Source: a virus
Lineage: Duplodnaviria > Caudoviricetes
IMG/VR virus record: IMGVR_UViG_3300042328_000814
Span: 1-57,637 of that record
DNA: 57,637 nucleotides
Direction: 5' to 3' (one strand)
Shown: positions 10,242 to 20,468 of the stretch, piece after piece
Numbering within the stretch: position 1 is the stretch's first letter
Layout of the letters: each line of letters begins with the position of its first letter
Notes under the pieces: model-generated
Database searches by the model: none
Told to the model about the DNA's origin: nothing
Seen by the model: the letters and a program-made list of their open reading frames with translations, nothing else
Translations under genes and position numbers: made by a program

Positions 10242-10333
10242 TAGATTTGATGGTAAATATATTAGCTATTTTAGGTGGGTTACTTATAGCTTTGTATATA
10301 ATAAACATTGTTGGAGTTATTAGTGGCGCGTAA
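10238..10333 (+). CDS. small hydrophobic membrane peptide (31 aa), not in the ORF track
   Basis: MIDLMVNILAILGGLLIALYIINIVGVISGA*; strong AGGAGG RBS; ATGA overlap with the upstream stop. Confidence 0.6.
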   Translation: MIDLMVNILAILGGLLIALYIINIVGVISGA

Positions 10334-11621
10334 AGCCGTTTTAAGTGATAGAATATATTTAGACAATGTAACTCCAGAAGAGATGGACATACTAGAGGCC
10401 CAGACTACTTATGAAATTGTAGCTAGAGCCGGTAATAATACCTTTAGAGAAATTATTAATAATTTCCGAAGAATAAGTCCTAATATGTGTTCTGTTCCTT
10501 CTGGTAGAGTTGATCTGATTAATATAGACTACGAAGTTATTGACAAAAGAATTTTAAAACCAGTAGTATTTCCAGAGTTTAGGGGTAAGTTAAGAGAATC
10601 ACAGCAAGAAGTATATGACGCAGTAGATGAGTCTTGTATGATTAATGCCTTTCCAAGTTGGGGGAAAACCTACTCTGCTTTAGCTATAGCAGCTAAGTTA
10701 GGACAAAAGACTTTAGTTATTACTCATACTACTGGACTTCGTGATCAGTGGATTTCTGAGATTGAGAAGGTATTTGGAATTGAAGCTGGTATAATTGGTA
10801 GTGGTAAGTATAATACTAAACCAATTATAGTTGTTGGAAATGTTCAGTCCATAGTTAAAGTAATTGACCAAGTTAGGGATGACTTTGGCACTCTAATACT
10901 AGATGAGATGCATCACGTTAGTGCAGCTACATTCTCTAAAATTGTAGATAGGTCTAAGGCTAGATATAAGATAGGATTATCTGGTACTCTTATACGTAAG
11001 GACAAGAAACATATTATATTCCAAGACTACTTTGGATTTAATGTGTTTAAACCAGAAAAGGAAAACTCTTTAACTCCACAGATCGTAATAGTTGATACTA
11101 ATATAGTATTGAAACCATCTGAACACTGGAGTAACCGAGTAACTGATCTAGAGGTTTATAATCACGAGTATAGGCATATGGTTGTAGACCTAGCTAATAA
11201 CGCTGCTAGCAAGGGTTACAAAGTGCTCGTAGTGGGGTCACGTGTTGAATTCCTAAAGTGGGCGGCCGAACAAAGTGAGAAAGCGATTAGTATTACTGGA
11301 GAAATGAAATCTACAGAAATGCGAGCGGCAGCATTAAAGAGTTTATCTACTCCAGACGTAGATATTCTATATGGTACTATGTCTATATTCTCAGAAGGTA
11401 TATCACAAAATGACTTAAGTTGTTTAATACTAGCAACACCTATTAATAATGAGCCATTACTTACACAGTTAATAGGTCGTATTATTAGAGAAGCTCCGGG
11501 TAAAAAGCAGCCATTAGTATTAGATATCCATTTAAAAGGTAATTCTACTAGAGCACAAGCCCAGACTAGAATGGGTCACTATATAAGACAAGGTTACCAA
11601 GTAAGAATATTGAAAAAGTGA
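10323..11621 (+). CDS. D10: SF2 helicase (T5 D10/UvsW-like)
   Basis: LRESQ, GKT, DEMH, GLSGT, QLIGRI.R motifs; probable GTG start at 10323 after GGAG. Confidence 0.92.
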   Translation: MARKAVLSDRIYLDNVTPEEMDILEAQTTYEIVARAGNNTFREIINNFRRISPNMCSVPSGRVDLINIDYEVIDKRILKPVVFPEFRGKLRESQQEVYDAVDESCMINAFPSWGKTYSALAIAAKLGQKTLVITHTTGLRDQWISEIEKVFGIEAGIIGSGKYNTKPIIVVGNVQSIVKVIDQVRDDFGTLILDEMHHVSAATFSKIVDRSKARYKIGLSGTLIRKDKKHIIFQDYFGFNVFKPEKENSLTPQIVIVDTNIVLKPSEHWSNRVTDLEVYNHEYRHMVVDLANNAASKGYKVLVVGSRVEFLKWAAEQSEKAISITGEMKSTEMRAAALKSLSTPDVDILYGTMSIFSEGISQNDLSCLILATPINNEPLLTQLIGRIIREAPGKKQPLVLDIHLKGNSTRAQAQTRMGHYIRQGYQVRILKK

Positions 11622-11638
11622 GAGATTTTATTTTTCAA

Positions 11639-11654
11639 TTACAGTATAATATTA
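11639..11654 (+). promoter_or_regulatory. probable promoter -10 element
   Basis: TACAGTATAATATT, identical to the -10 context of the promoter at 3248-3261, in an intergenic gap; -35 is poor. Confidence 0.5.
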
Positions 11655-11676
11655 TTTCTCAGTGAGAAATCAACCT

Positions 11677-12036
11677 ATGAAACCTATATTTTTTGATTGG
11701 GACAAGGTTATAAAAACTAATAAGCATGACCATTATAAAATACTGGATATGTTTAAACAGTTTTCGAAAGAAGGTGTACCTACAAAACTGGCTGGAAACA
11801 GCTTTATCTTAAATGTACAGGACTTGATGAATCAAGGTGGTTTCGATTCTGAAAAGTTTGACTACATTATCTTAGCTGCAATCAGAAACTATTTCGATTA
11901 CGAGTATCAAGGTGAGCTTGGCTTATGGCTTCCGCAATCACCAATTGATACTGTTAAAATCTCTAAAAATAGGCTATTGCAAATTTGCGACAACTACATA
12001 CGATTTAAATACGAGGAAATACAAAATGGCACTTAA
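11677..12036 (+). CDS. conserved T5-like hypothetical protein
   Basis: IFFDWDK...GNSFILN; syntenic between D10 and D11. Confidence 0.75.
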   Translation: MKPIFFDWDKVIKTNKHDHYKILDMFKQFSKEGVPTKLAGNSFILNVQDLMNQGGFDSEKFDYIILAAIRNYFDYEYQGELGLWLPQSPIDTVKISKNRLLQICDNYIRFKYEEIQNGT

Positions 12037-12670
12037 ATTTGCTAATACTAAAGGCGCTGCAATTAAAGGCGCAGAAGCTTACACTTACAAAGATGGCGAG
12101 AATACTATTCGTATCTTTGGAGACGTTCTACCACGTTACCTATACTGGATTAAAGGCAAGAACAATAAAGATATTCCTCTAGAATGTCTTTCTTTTGATC
12201 GTGAGAAAGAAAAGTTCACCAATAAAGAAAAAGATTGGGTTAAAGAGTATAATCCAGAACTAAAGTGTGGTTGGGCTTACTGTGTAATGGGATACTCCCT
12301 AGCAGATAAGAAACCCGTAGTAGTTAATCTTAAGAAAAAGTTATTTGAACAGATTCTTAGTGCTGCTGAAGACTTAGGTGATCCTACCGATCTAGATACT
12401 GGTTGGGATATTGTCTTTAAGCGCGCAAAGACTGGAGCTCAGGCTTTCAATGTAGAATACACTCTAAGTGTACTACGTTGCAAAAATCGTCCTCTATCAG
12501 AAGAAGAACGTGCTCTAGTAGCCTCTGCTAAAACTGTTGATGAACTTGTTCCTCGTCTATCCCCTGACGAACAGAAGTCTTTCCTAGACAGTCTGAAGGC
12601 TGATTCTGATAGTGCTAACGAAGTACCTCCAGAAGTAGCTGCTGAACAGGTTGATGACATTCCGCAGTAA
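12026..12670 (+). CDS. D11: single-stranded DNA-binding protein (T5 D11-like)
   Basis: VLPRY.YW, ECLSFDREKE, DPTD..TGWD, acidic C-tail; start at ATG 12026 (GAGG RBS). Confidence 0.88.
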   Translation: MALKFANTKGAAIKGAEAYTYKDGENTIRIFGDVLPRYLYWIKGKNNKDIPLECLSFDREKEKFTNKEKDWVKEYNPELKCGWAYCVMGYSLADKKPVVVNLKKKLFEQILSAAEDLGDPTDLDTGWDIVFKRAKTGAQAFNVEYTLSVLRCKNRPLSEEERALVASAKTVDELVPRLSPDEQKSFLDSLKADSDSANEVPPEVAAEQVDDIPQ

Positions 12671-12676
12671 AAGATA

Positions 12677-12700
12677 TAAAAGCTCCTTCGGGAGCTTTTA
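12677..12700 (+). terminator. hairpin terminator with C(UUCG)G tetraloop
   Basis: TAAAAGCTCC-TTCG-GGAGCTTTTA. Confidence 0.85.
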
Positions 12701-12715
12701 TTGCCTGGAGAACAT

Positions 12716-12907
12716 ATGAGAGAGCAAAAAATAACTTTTACTTATGGAGAATTGATTGAAGCATTCAATGAGTGGAATAAAATATTAGAGCAAGATAAAG
12801 TACCAGAAAGGCCTACAGGTAATACCTGGGGCGAAATGTTTACTAATTATCTTATTACTTCTGTCAATAAGATAAGGGCCGAGAAGCTTACTAGCTATAG
12901 ACAATGA
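12716..12907 (+). CDS. hypothetical protein
   Basis: GGAG RBS before ATG 12716; stop overlaps the D12 start. Confidence 0.65.
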   Translation: MREQKITFTYGELIEAFNEWNKILEQDKVPERPTGNTWGEMFTNYLITSVNKIRAEKLTSYRQ

Positions 12908-13854
12908 AAATACTATTCACAGCCGATTGGCATATTAAACTTAATCAGAAAAACGTACCTATCGACTGGCAAAGGAATAGGTATTTAGAATTAGTACAGC
13001 AACTTAATAAGATTATAGTTTATCAAGAAATTAAACTTGTAGTGATCGGTGGAGATATATTTGACAGGGTGCCAACTATTGAAGAATTAGAGCTTTATTT
13101 TGAACTTATAGAGGCTTTAAACTGTATGGTAGATATAATCATTTACCCCGGTAACCATGAGGCTGTAAAAAAGCATACTACTTTCTTATCTAGACTTATA
13201 GCTATAACTTCCACCATTAATTCTAGAATAATTATTCTAGATGACTATTACAATATAGATAATATGGACTTTATTCCATATAATAAGTTGAAAGATAAAT
13301 GGCCGGAGTTTAGTGGTAATATACTATTTACTCACGTTAGAGGTGAAATCCCTCCACACGTTAAGCCGGAAGTAGACTTAGATTTGTTTAATAGATGGGA
13401 GCTTGTATTAGCTGGTGATTTACATTCACATAGTAATTGTCAGCGTAATATTGCTTACCCAGGTTCTCCCTTAACTACAAGTTTCCATAGAAATGAAGTA
13501 GAGACTGGTGTAATAATTCTAGACTCTAAAACTGCTGACTGGCAATTTGAAAATCTTTGGCTACCACAACTATTAAGGAAGACTGTATCTAGTCCAGAAG
13601 AAATGATTCCTACAGATTATCATCATACTATATATGAAATCGAAGGCGATGTTGGTGATTTAGCTAATATCAAGAACTCTGAACTATTAGACAAAAAGAT
13701 TGTAAAACGCGAACATAAGTCAAGACTATCTCTCAATAATTTAAGTATAGAGGAGGAGCTTAGACTATACTTAGATCAGGTACTAGAAATATCAAATATT
13801 GATGAAATATTGAGAGGAGCAAATGATTACATTAAAGACATTAACTTGGAGTAA
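12904..13854 (+). CDS. D12: Mre11/SbcD-like recombination nuclease
   Basis: ADWH, GDIFD, GNHE, GDLH metallophosphoesterase motifs. Confidence 0.93.
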   Translation: MKILFTADWHIKLNQKNVPIDWQRNRYLELVQQLNKIIVYQEIKLVVIGGDIFDRVPTIEELELYFELIEALNCMVDIIIYPGNHEAVKKHTTFLSRLIAITSTINSRIIILDDYYNIDNMDFIPYNKLKDKWPEFSGNILFTHVRGEIPPHVKPEVDLDLFNRWELVLAGDLHSHSNCQRNIAYPGSPLTTSFHRNEVETGVIILDSKTADWQFENLWLPQLLRKTVSSPEEMIPTDYHHTIYEIEGDVGDLANIKNSELLDKKIVKREHKSRLSLNNLSIEEELRLYLDQVLEISNIDEILRGANDYIKDINLE

Positions 13855-15631
13855 CTTATTCTCCTATGGTGCAGGGAATACAATTTCATTAAGTGAAGAA
13901 CCAATTACACAGCTAGTTGGGTTAAATGGTCATGGAAAGTCAAGTATTCCACTTGTACTAGAAGAAGTCTTGTTTAATAAGAATTCTAAAGGTATTAAGA
14001 AAGGCGACGTAGTTAATAGGCAACTAGATACTAATAAGTACTCTGGTGCTTGTTCTTTCTCAATCTTTGATAAAGAATATCAAATGTCAATTGATAGGTC
14101 TGGTGCTACCCAAAAAGTAAAACTAGTTGAAGATGGGGTAGATATTTCTAGTCATACGGCTACAGCTACTTTTGCTCAGCTAGAGGATTTATTTGGTGTG
14201 GATGCTAAGACTTTTAGCCAGTTAGTGTATCAAAATAGTGGGTCATCTTTACAGTTTCTGACTGCTACAGATAGTAATAGAAAGAAGTTTCTAATTGATC
14301 TACTATCACTAGATAGGTACATAAGTATCTTTGAGCGAGTGAAAGTAGCACACAAAGAGGTATCTGATAAGCTATTACAACTTGGAGCCAAAGAAGCTAC
14401 TGTGCGCAGTTGGCTGGAGACTGCTGGTAAGACAGTCCTGACAGAAATTGCGTTAGCCACAGTACCGCCGTTAGATAGTACAAAAGCGACCCAATTGGGA
14501 ACATTAAAAGCACAGCTAGCAGAAATTAATAGTATAAATTCGAAAATTAGTGCCAATAATCTGTACAAAAAGAAAATTTCGTCTATTGATTCATCAGCAT
14601 TAGTAAGTACAAAAGCGATCATTTCTACAAAACAGTTAGAACAGCAACGTGCCGAAGTTCAGCTAGAAATAAAACAGTATGCTACCATTACTAAAAAATA
14701 TTCTGGATTAACTAGTGGTGAGTGTCCTACGTGTACGCAGCCAATTGATACTGAGCGAATTAAAGCTATTGTAGATGATGCTCATGCATTATCAGCTATT
14801 AAACAAGCCACAGAGAAACGTATTCTAGAAGAAATAGCTTTAGCAGAAGCTAATAATAAAGAAGTTTCTGCTCATCAAGCATTAGTTAAGGAGTTTGAGC
14901 AGTTATCAATACTAATTGATAAAACTCTACCAGAATTAACTTTAGATAAAGATGAACTTGATACTAAAATTGTTGAGTTGCAGGAATATATAACCTCTAT
15001 AAATGATAGTATAGCTAAGGTTACTAAGTTTAATAATGTTGCCTCTGCGACTAATGCTAAGGTTGCTGCAATTAAAGAACAGTTAGCTAATTATACGAGT
15101 GAGCTAGAAGTGATTTCTACTGATATAGCTAAATTAGAGAAATCCTTCTCTGTACTAGAAGTTTTGAAGAAAGCTTTTAGTACTACTGGGCTAATTGCAT
15201 ATAAGATTGAGAATTCTGTAAAAGAGCTAGAGGCTCTTACAAATGAGTACTTGTCTGAACTTAGTGATGGTCGTTTTGAACTACTATTTGTTCTAGAAAA
15301 GGATAAACTTAATATAGTAATTGTAGACAATGGCAAAGAAATTGAAATTACTGCACTTTCTGCAGGTGAGCTTGCTAGAGTAACTACTAGCACACTTCTT
15401 GCTATTAGAAAGTTAATGTCTAGCCTATCTAAGTCACGTATCAATATATTGTTTCTTGATGAAGTCATTGATGTGCTCGATACCTATGGTAAGGAAAAGT
15501 TGATTGAAGTTCTTCTAAAAGAAGATGGTCTTAATACCTTCCTAATATCACACTCATACTCCCACCCTCTAGTAAAAAGATTAGAAGTTATAAAAGAAGA
15601 AGGTATTTCGAGGTTGAATTATGGTTCCTAA
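13823..15631 (+). CDS. D13: Rad50/SbcC-like ATPase
   Basis: GLNGHGKS, coiled coil with CPTC Zn hook, LSAGE signature, FLDE. Confidence 0.95.
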   Translation: MITLKTLTWSNLFSYGAGNTISLSEEPITQLVGLNGHGKSSIPLVLEEVLFNKNSKGIKKGDVVNRQLDTNKYSGACSFSIFDKEYQMSIDRSGATQKVKLVEDGVDISSHTATATFAQLEDLFGVDAKTFSQLVYQNSGSSLQFLTATDSNRKKFLIDLLSLDRYISIFERVKVAHKEVSDKLLQLGAKEATVRSWLETAGKTVLTEIALATVPPLDSTKATQLGTLKAQLAEINSINSKISANNLYKKKISSIDSSALVSTKAIISTKQLEQQRAEVQLEIKQYATITKKYSGLTSGECPTCTQPIDTERIKAIVDDAHALSAIKQATEKRILEEIALAEANNKEVSAHQALVKEFEQLSILIDKTLPELTLDKDELDTKIVELQEYITSINDSIAKVTKFNNVASATNAKVAAIKEQLANYTSELEVISTDIAKLEKSFSVLEVLKKAFSTTGLIAYKIENSVKELEALTNEYLSELSDGRFELLFVLEKDKLNIVIVDNGKEIEITALSAGELARVTTSTLLAIRKLMSSLSKSRINILFLDEVIDVLDTYGKEKLIEVLLKEDGLNTFLISHSYSHPLVKRLEVIKEEGISRLNYGS

Positions 15632-16151
15632 TATATTAACTCAAGAGAGTCTGAAAGGTATATTGTACTATGATGAGAATACCGGGGAGTTTATTAATAA
15701 AACTAGTAGGGGTAGGTCTAAAAAAGGTAGTAAAGCTGGCTCTGTAAAAAAAGATAGTGGATATATAACTATAAGTATAGACAGCAAAGGTTATTATGCT
15801 CATAGATTGGCTTGGTTATACATTTATGGTGAAATTCCGAATGGTGAGCTAGATCATATAGATGGTAATAAGACTAATAACAGAATTGGTAATTTAAGAT
15901 TATGTACTCATCGTAATAATGTATTCAATTCTATTAAAGGAAATACTACCTATTATAGAGGAGTAGCTAAGAATAGATCCAGGTATAGAGCGCGTATACA
16001 AGTAGATGGTAATTATATAGATTTAGGTACTTATAATACTCCAGAAGAAGCTTCTATGGCTTATGAGATAAAAGCAAAGGAACTACATGGAGAATTCTAC
16101 TTAAATCCTAAGTATACCTATAATATAGAAGAGGTTATTAATGGCAGTTGA
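15621..16151 (+). mobile_element. free-standing HNH-AP2 homing endonuclease gene
   Basis: AHRLAW...DHIDGNKTNNRIGNLR HNH motif plus YRGV...LGTY.TPEEA..AY AP2 domain, inserted between D13 and D14. Confidence 0.92.
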
Positions 16152-16599
16152 TAGTAGAGCAAAGGGCGCGAGGGCTGAGACAGTTGTTAGGGATGAGCTA
16201 CGAAAGTTAACAGGATTGCAATGGGAGCGTATTCCTGCTTCTGGAGCACTTTCGGCAGTTCACCAACTTAAAGGTGATTTATACATACCGGGGGAGTATA
16301 ATCATTACTGCGTAGAAGTCAAACATTACGCAGAAGATCAATTATCTTCTACTTATCTAACTGGTGTGAATCCGCAGCTTTCTCAATTTTGGGAACAAAC
16401 AGTTAGAGAATCTGGTCAGGTTAATAAGAAACCTTTATTAATTTATAAGTATGATAGATCTAAACTATATGCCTGTATGGACGATTTATTAGTAGATCAG
16501 AAAAGTTACCCTCACCGCTATTTGTATAGTCATGAAGGATTTTATATTACTAGGCTAGAACAATGGATTGACTTTTGTAAACCGGAGTGGATTAAATGA
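16141..16599 (+). CDS. D14: T5 D14-like PD-(D/E)xK nuclease / putative Holliday junction resolvase
   Basis: DSRAKGARAE, SGA, KGD, VEVKHY. Confidence 0.88.
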   Translation: MAVDSRAKGARAETVVRDELRKLTGLQWERIPASGALSAVHQLKGDLYIPGEYNHYCVEVKHYAEDQLSSTYLTGVNPQLSQFWEQTVRESGQVNKKPLLIYKYDRSKLYACMDDLLVDQKSYPHRYLYSHEGFYITRLEQWIDFCKPEWIK

Positions 16600-16778
16600 G
16601 TTATAAACTACTTGATCAGGATTCTTTTGAATATAGAAAATTACTTGAAGAATTCCCAAATAATGCTCCTTTTTACTACTATGAATCTGAAGGCGACTAT
16701 TATAATAGAGCATTTACAGAGTTTTTCAATAGATACCAAAAATCAATTAAAGTAAAGGTACACGACTATTATGGTTGA
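16596..16778 (+). CDS. hypothetical protein
   Basis: 60-aa ORF overlapping both neighbours. Confidence 0.6.
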   Translation: MSYKLLDQDSFEYRKLLEEFPNNAPFYYYESEGDYYNRAFTEFFNRYQKSIKVKVHDYYG

Positions 16779-17640
16779 AGAAATTGACGAATTAGACCAA
16801 CTTAGTACTAAATCTACTAAATCCTTTGCATCAATGTCTAAGAAGAATGAAAATATAGTTATGGTTGTAGATGCTTTGAACTTAGCTTTTCGCTATTTAC
16901 ATAGTGGTCAACTTGACTTTGCTAATGAATATTTAAAAACTGTACAAAGTTTAGCACAAAGCTATGCTGCTGGTAAAATAATTATAGCATGTGATAAAGG
17001 TTCTTCTTCTTATAGAAAAGCTATATATCCAGAATATAAAGCTAATAGAAAAGAAAAGTATGAGGTTCAAACTGAAGAAGAAAAAGCTAAGTTTGATAGA
17101 TTCTTCAAAGATTTTGAAGATACATTAACCTTATTATCAGAATATTATGAGGTTTTACGATATGAAAATGTTGAAGCAGATGATATTGCAGCTTATATTG
17201 TTGCTAATTATAATCATGAGCATATTTGGCTTATATCTTCTGATAAAGACTGGGACTTACTCGTATCCCCTTCCGTTTCAAGGTTTAGTTACGTAACTAG
17301 AAAAGAAATAACGGAAGATAATTGGCCATATGATTGTAGTAAAGAAAATTATCTTGGACTTAAATGTTTACAAGGTGATTCTGGTGATAATATAAAAGGC
17401 ATAGAGGGCATTGGCCCAAAGCGAGCAACTACTCTATTAGAACAATATGATGATATTTTTAGTATTATTGACCTATTACCATTACCTGGTAAACAAAAAT
17501 TTATACAAAACCTCAATGCGTCTAGTTCGTTGCTAGAACTTAACTTAAAACTTATGGATTTACCAACTTATTGTGAAGAAGCTATTGGTGAAGAAAACTT
17601 GCAAGATATCAACAGGAGACTAAAAATTGTTATTAATTGA
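16771..17640 (+). CDS. D15: flap endonuclease / 5'-3' exonuclease
   Basis: VD..NLAFR, YKANR, EADD, SSDKD, GDSGDNIKGIEGIG.K.A. Confidence 0.95.
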   Translation: MVEEIDELDQLSTKSTKSFASMSKKNENIVMVVDALNLAFRYLHSGQLDFANEYLKTVQSLAQSYAAGKIIIACDKGSSSYRKAIYPEYKANRKEKYEVQTEEEKAKFDRFFKDFEDTLTLLSEYYEVLRYENVEADDIAAYIVANYNHEHIWLISSDKDWDLLVSPSVSRFSYVTRKEITEDNWPYDCSKENYLGLKCLQGDSGDNIKGIEGIGPKRATTLLEQYDDIFSIIDLLPLPGKQKFIQNLNASSSLLELNLKLMDLPTYCEEAIGEENLQDINRRLKIVIN

Positions 17641-18055
17641 ATATAATACAGAAGATATTAACTTAATGCCATCTAGAGCACACGCTACAGATGCTGGAGC
17701 AGATTTGAAGGCTGCGGAAGCATATACTATTAGACCACATACAGCAGAACTAGTAGATACTGGTGTTAGAGTGGCAGTACCCCATGGGTACTTTGGATTG
17801 CTGGTTAGCAGGTCTGGTCATGGAAAACAACGCATTTCACTAGCTAATCGTGTTGGTATTATTGATTCTGACTATCGTGGTAATATTATGGTTAGACTAG
17901 AAAACTTAGGAGATAATGACTTTGTTATTAATCGTCTAGATCGTATTGCTCAATTAATAATTATTCCTTGTTTGCTACCAGACTTTGTTTTATCTGATAC
18001 ATTAGATGAAACTGAGCGTGGTGAAAATGGATTTGGTAGTACTGGAGTATCTTAA
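17627..18055 (+). CDS. dut: trimeric dUTPase
   Basis: AGADL, RSG, GIIDSDYRG, RIAQL, RG..GFGSTG. Confidence 0.96.
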   Translation: MLLIEYNTEDINLMPSRAHATDAGADLKAAEAYTIRPHTAELVDTGVRVAVPHGYFGLLVSRSGHGKQRISLANRVGIIDSDYRGNIMVRLENLGDNDFVINRLDRIAQLIIIPCLLPDFVLSDTLDETERGENGFGSTGVS

Positions 18056-20022
18056 TGTATCAAGCATCAACTAGAGCGGCCGTTATAACTAGAAGAACCT
18101 ATAACCGTCCATTAAATGACGAAGGAACAGTATTTGAGACTTGGAAGCTTACTGTAGCGCGTGTTATTGACCATCAACAATGGTTATGGGAACGTGCCAA
18201 AGGTTCAGAACTAAACGATGCAGAATTTGCAGAATTATATGAACTAGAAGAACTAATGCTAGACCGTAAAGTTTCTATGAGTGGTCGTACTTTATGGCTT
18301 GGTGGCACACAAATATCAAAATATAGAGAGGCTAGTCAGTTTAATTGTTCCTATACTAATATTGAAACAGTATATGACATAGTAGACAGTCTATGGCTAC
18401 TACTACAAGGGTGTGGTTTAGGTGTAAGACCTATTGTAGGTACTTTAAATGGCTTCGTTAACCCTATAGAAGATATCCAGATAATTCCTAGTACTAGAAC
18501 GACCAAGGGTGGATTAGAGTATAATGAAGAATTTTGGGATGTAGAAACTGGTATTTGGCGTATTAAAATTGGTGACTCAGCAGAAGCATGGGCTAAATCA
18601 ATTGGTAAGTTAATTGCTGGTAAGTATCCAGCAAAGACATTAATTCTAGACTTCTCAGAGTTACGTCCTGCAGGTGAAAGATTAAAAGGTTATGGATGGA
18701 TTAGCTCTGGTTATTTTGCCATAGCTAAAGCATATAAAGCTATTGCAGAGATTCTATCATCTAAGGCAGATTCCTTATTATCTAGAATAGATATTATGGA
18801 CATTATTAACTGGCTAGGTACTATTCTTAGTAGTCGTAGAAGTGCTGAAATTGTTATTTTTGAATATGGTCAGCCAGAGTGGGAAGAGTTTGCAGTAGCT
18901 AAGAAAGATTGGTGGTTACATGATAATGCTCATAGAACACAATCTAATAACTCTCTATTGTTCAAAGAAAAACCTACTATTAAGGAACTTACTAAGCTAT
19001 TCCAAATTATGGAAGAAGCAGGTGGTTCTGAGCCAGGTTTTATTAATGGTGAAGAGGCTTTGCGCCGAGCTCCCTGGTTCCAAGGTTGTAATCCATGTGT
19101 AGAGATTTTACTTGGATCTAAATCTTTCTGTAACCTTACAGAGATTGACATTGGTAAATTTAAAAAGAATGCTTCTGGTCTACATAGAGCAGCATATCTA
19201 GCTGCTAGAGCTAATTATAGGCAGACTTGTGTAAACTTAAAAGATGGTATTCTACAAGAATCATGGCATCTTAATAATGCTTTCTTAAGGTTATGTGGTG
19301 TTGGTCTAACTGGTATTGCTAAGCGTCCAGACATGAAGGCGTATGATTATCAATATCTACAGCGTACTGCTACTTCTGCTGCAATCGGTATGGCAGATGA
19401 ACTTAAGCTACCACATCCAAAGAATGTAACAACAGTGAAACCTTCAGGAACCTTATCCAAGATTATGGATACAACAGAAGGTGCTCATATGCCATTAGGT
19501 AAGTACATTTTTAATAATGTACAGTTTAGTAAGTTTGATCCTGTAGTAGAAAAGCTACGTAATGCAAATTACAATGTAATTAATCATCCAACAGATGATT
19601 CAGGAGTTCTAGTTACTTTCCCTGTTAAATGGGATGATGTACCTTTTCATAAAGCAAATGGAAAAGAAGTTAATTTAGAGTCTGCTATCGATCAGTTAGA
19701 AAGGTACAAATTACTACAGAAAAACTGGACTCAGCAAAATACTTCTGTGACCATTAGTTATGATCCATCTGAAGTAGAAGGAATTGTTCAGTGGTTATAT
19801 GATAATTGGGATATTTATGTAGGTGTTAGTTTCTTATATAGAACTGACCCAACTAAGACAGCTAAAGACTTAGGATACTTATATTTACCTCAAGAAGTAG
19901 TAACTGAAGATGAGTATAATAGGTATGTAGCAACATTACTAGAAGTAGACTTAGAGGATGCTAACTCCTTTGAAGAATTAAGAGATGAAGGATGTGCCAC
20001 TGGTGCATGCCCAATTAGGTAA
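18055..20022 (+). CDS. nrdJ: class II adenosylcobalamin-dependent ribonucleoside-triphosphate reductase
   Basis: GRTLW..G, FNC, RRSA, NPCVEI, CNL.E, TTVKPSGT, C-terminal CATGACP; no small subunit nearby. Confidence 0.9.
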   Translation: MYQASTRAAVITRRTYNRPLNDEGTVFETWKLTVARVIDHQQWLWERAKGSELNDAEFAELYELEELMLDRKVSMSGRTLWLGGTQISKYREASQFNCSYTNIETVYDIVDSLWLLLQGCGLGVRPIVGTLNGFVNPIEDIQIIPSTRTTKGGLEYNEEFWDVETGIWRIKIGDSAEAWAKSIGKLIAGKYPAKTLILDFSELRPAGERLKGYGWISSGYFAIAKAYKAIAEILSSKADSLLSRIDIMDIINWLGTILSSRRSAEIVIFEYGQPEWEEFAVAKKDWWLHDNAHRTQSNNSLLFKEKPTIKELTKLFQIMEEAGGSEPGFINGEEALRRAPWFQGCNPCVEILLGSKSFCNLTEIDIGKFKKNASGLHRAAYLAARANYRQTCVNLKDGILQESWHLNNAFLRLCGVGLTGIAKRPDMKAYDYQYLQRTATSAAIGMADELKLPHPKNVTTVKPSGTLSKIMDTTEGAHMPLGKYIFNNVQFSKFDPVVEKLRNANYNVINHPTDDSGVLVTFPVKWDDVPFHKANGKEVNLESAIDQLERYKLLQKNWTQQNTSVTISYDPSEVEGIVQWLYDNWDIYVGVSFLYRTDPTKTAKDLGYLYLPQEVVTEDEYNRYVATLLEVDLEDANSFEELRDEGCATGACPIR

Positions 20023-20252
20023 TGGATAAGTTACTTGAAGATTTAAAACCAAGACAGTTAAGGCCAAAAGCCTTATACTGTACAGCTAACAGTAACTGTT
20101 GGTGTTTTAAACTAGAGACTAGACTACCTAGTCATAATGGGTACGATGTATGTATGACACCAAAAGAATTATTAGAAATGTATAGTGCTGAACTAACTTC
20201 TAATGATATTAATTATTTAAAAAGTGTTGAATCAAGGGAGTGTATATGGTAG
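20022..20252 (+). CDS. small Cys-containing protein (CWC motif)
   Basis: C-x5-CWC...C motif; TAATG coupling to nrdJ. Confidence 0.6.
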   Translation: MDKLLEDLKPRQLRPKALYCTANSNCWCFKLETRLPSHNGYDVCMTPKELLEMYSAELTSNDINYLKSVESRECIW

Positions 20253-20428
20253 ATTTTAAATTTGAGATTGGTAATGAAGTATATCATGGTCGTACTGGTA
20301 TTGGTGGTCATGTAATTGGTCTATTTATAGGTAGAGATTTAGTTAAATATGTTTTAGTAGAGTACACTACGGAAAGTGGTAGTGTACAAAATAATTATTG
20401 GCCTGAACCCGAACTTGAGTTAATGTAA
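20240..20428 (+). CDS. hypothetical protein
   Basis: 62-aa ORF ending at the terminator; the start may be the second Met. Confidence 0.6.
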   Translation: MYMVDFKFEIGNEVYHGRTGIGGHVIGLFIGRDLVKYVLVEYTTESGSVQNNYWPEPELELM

Positions 20429-20429
20429 T

Positions 20430-20468
20430 AAAAAAAGCCCTAACAGATTTCTCTGTTAGGGCTTTTTT
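20430..20468. terminator. bidirectional terminator between the convergent early and late regions
   Basis: AAAAAAGCCCTAACAGA-TTTC-TCTGTTAGGGCTTTTTT perfect inverted repeat with A/T tails. Confidence 0.93.

Noticed and set aside
2973-19151. Minus-strand and nested ORFs in the early region (e.g. 3502-4053, 6873-7226, 14230-14622)
   Set aside because: They are shadows of well-supported plus-strand genes with no recognisable motifs
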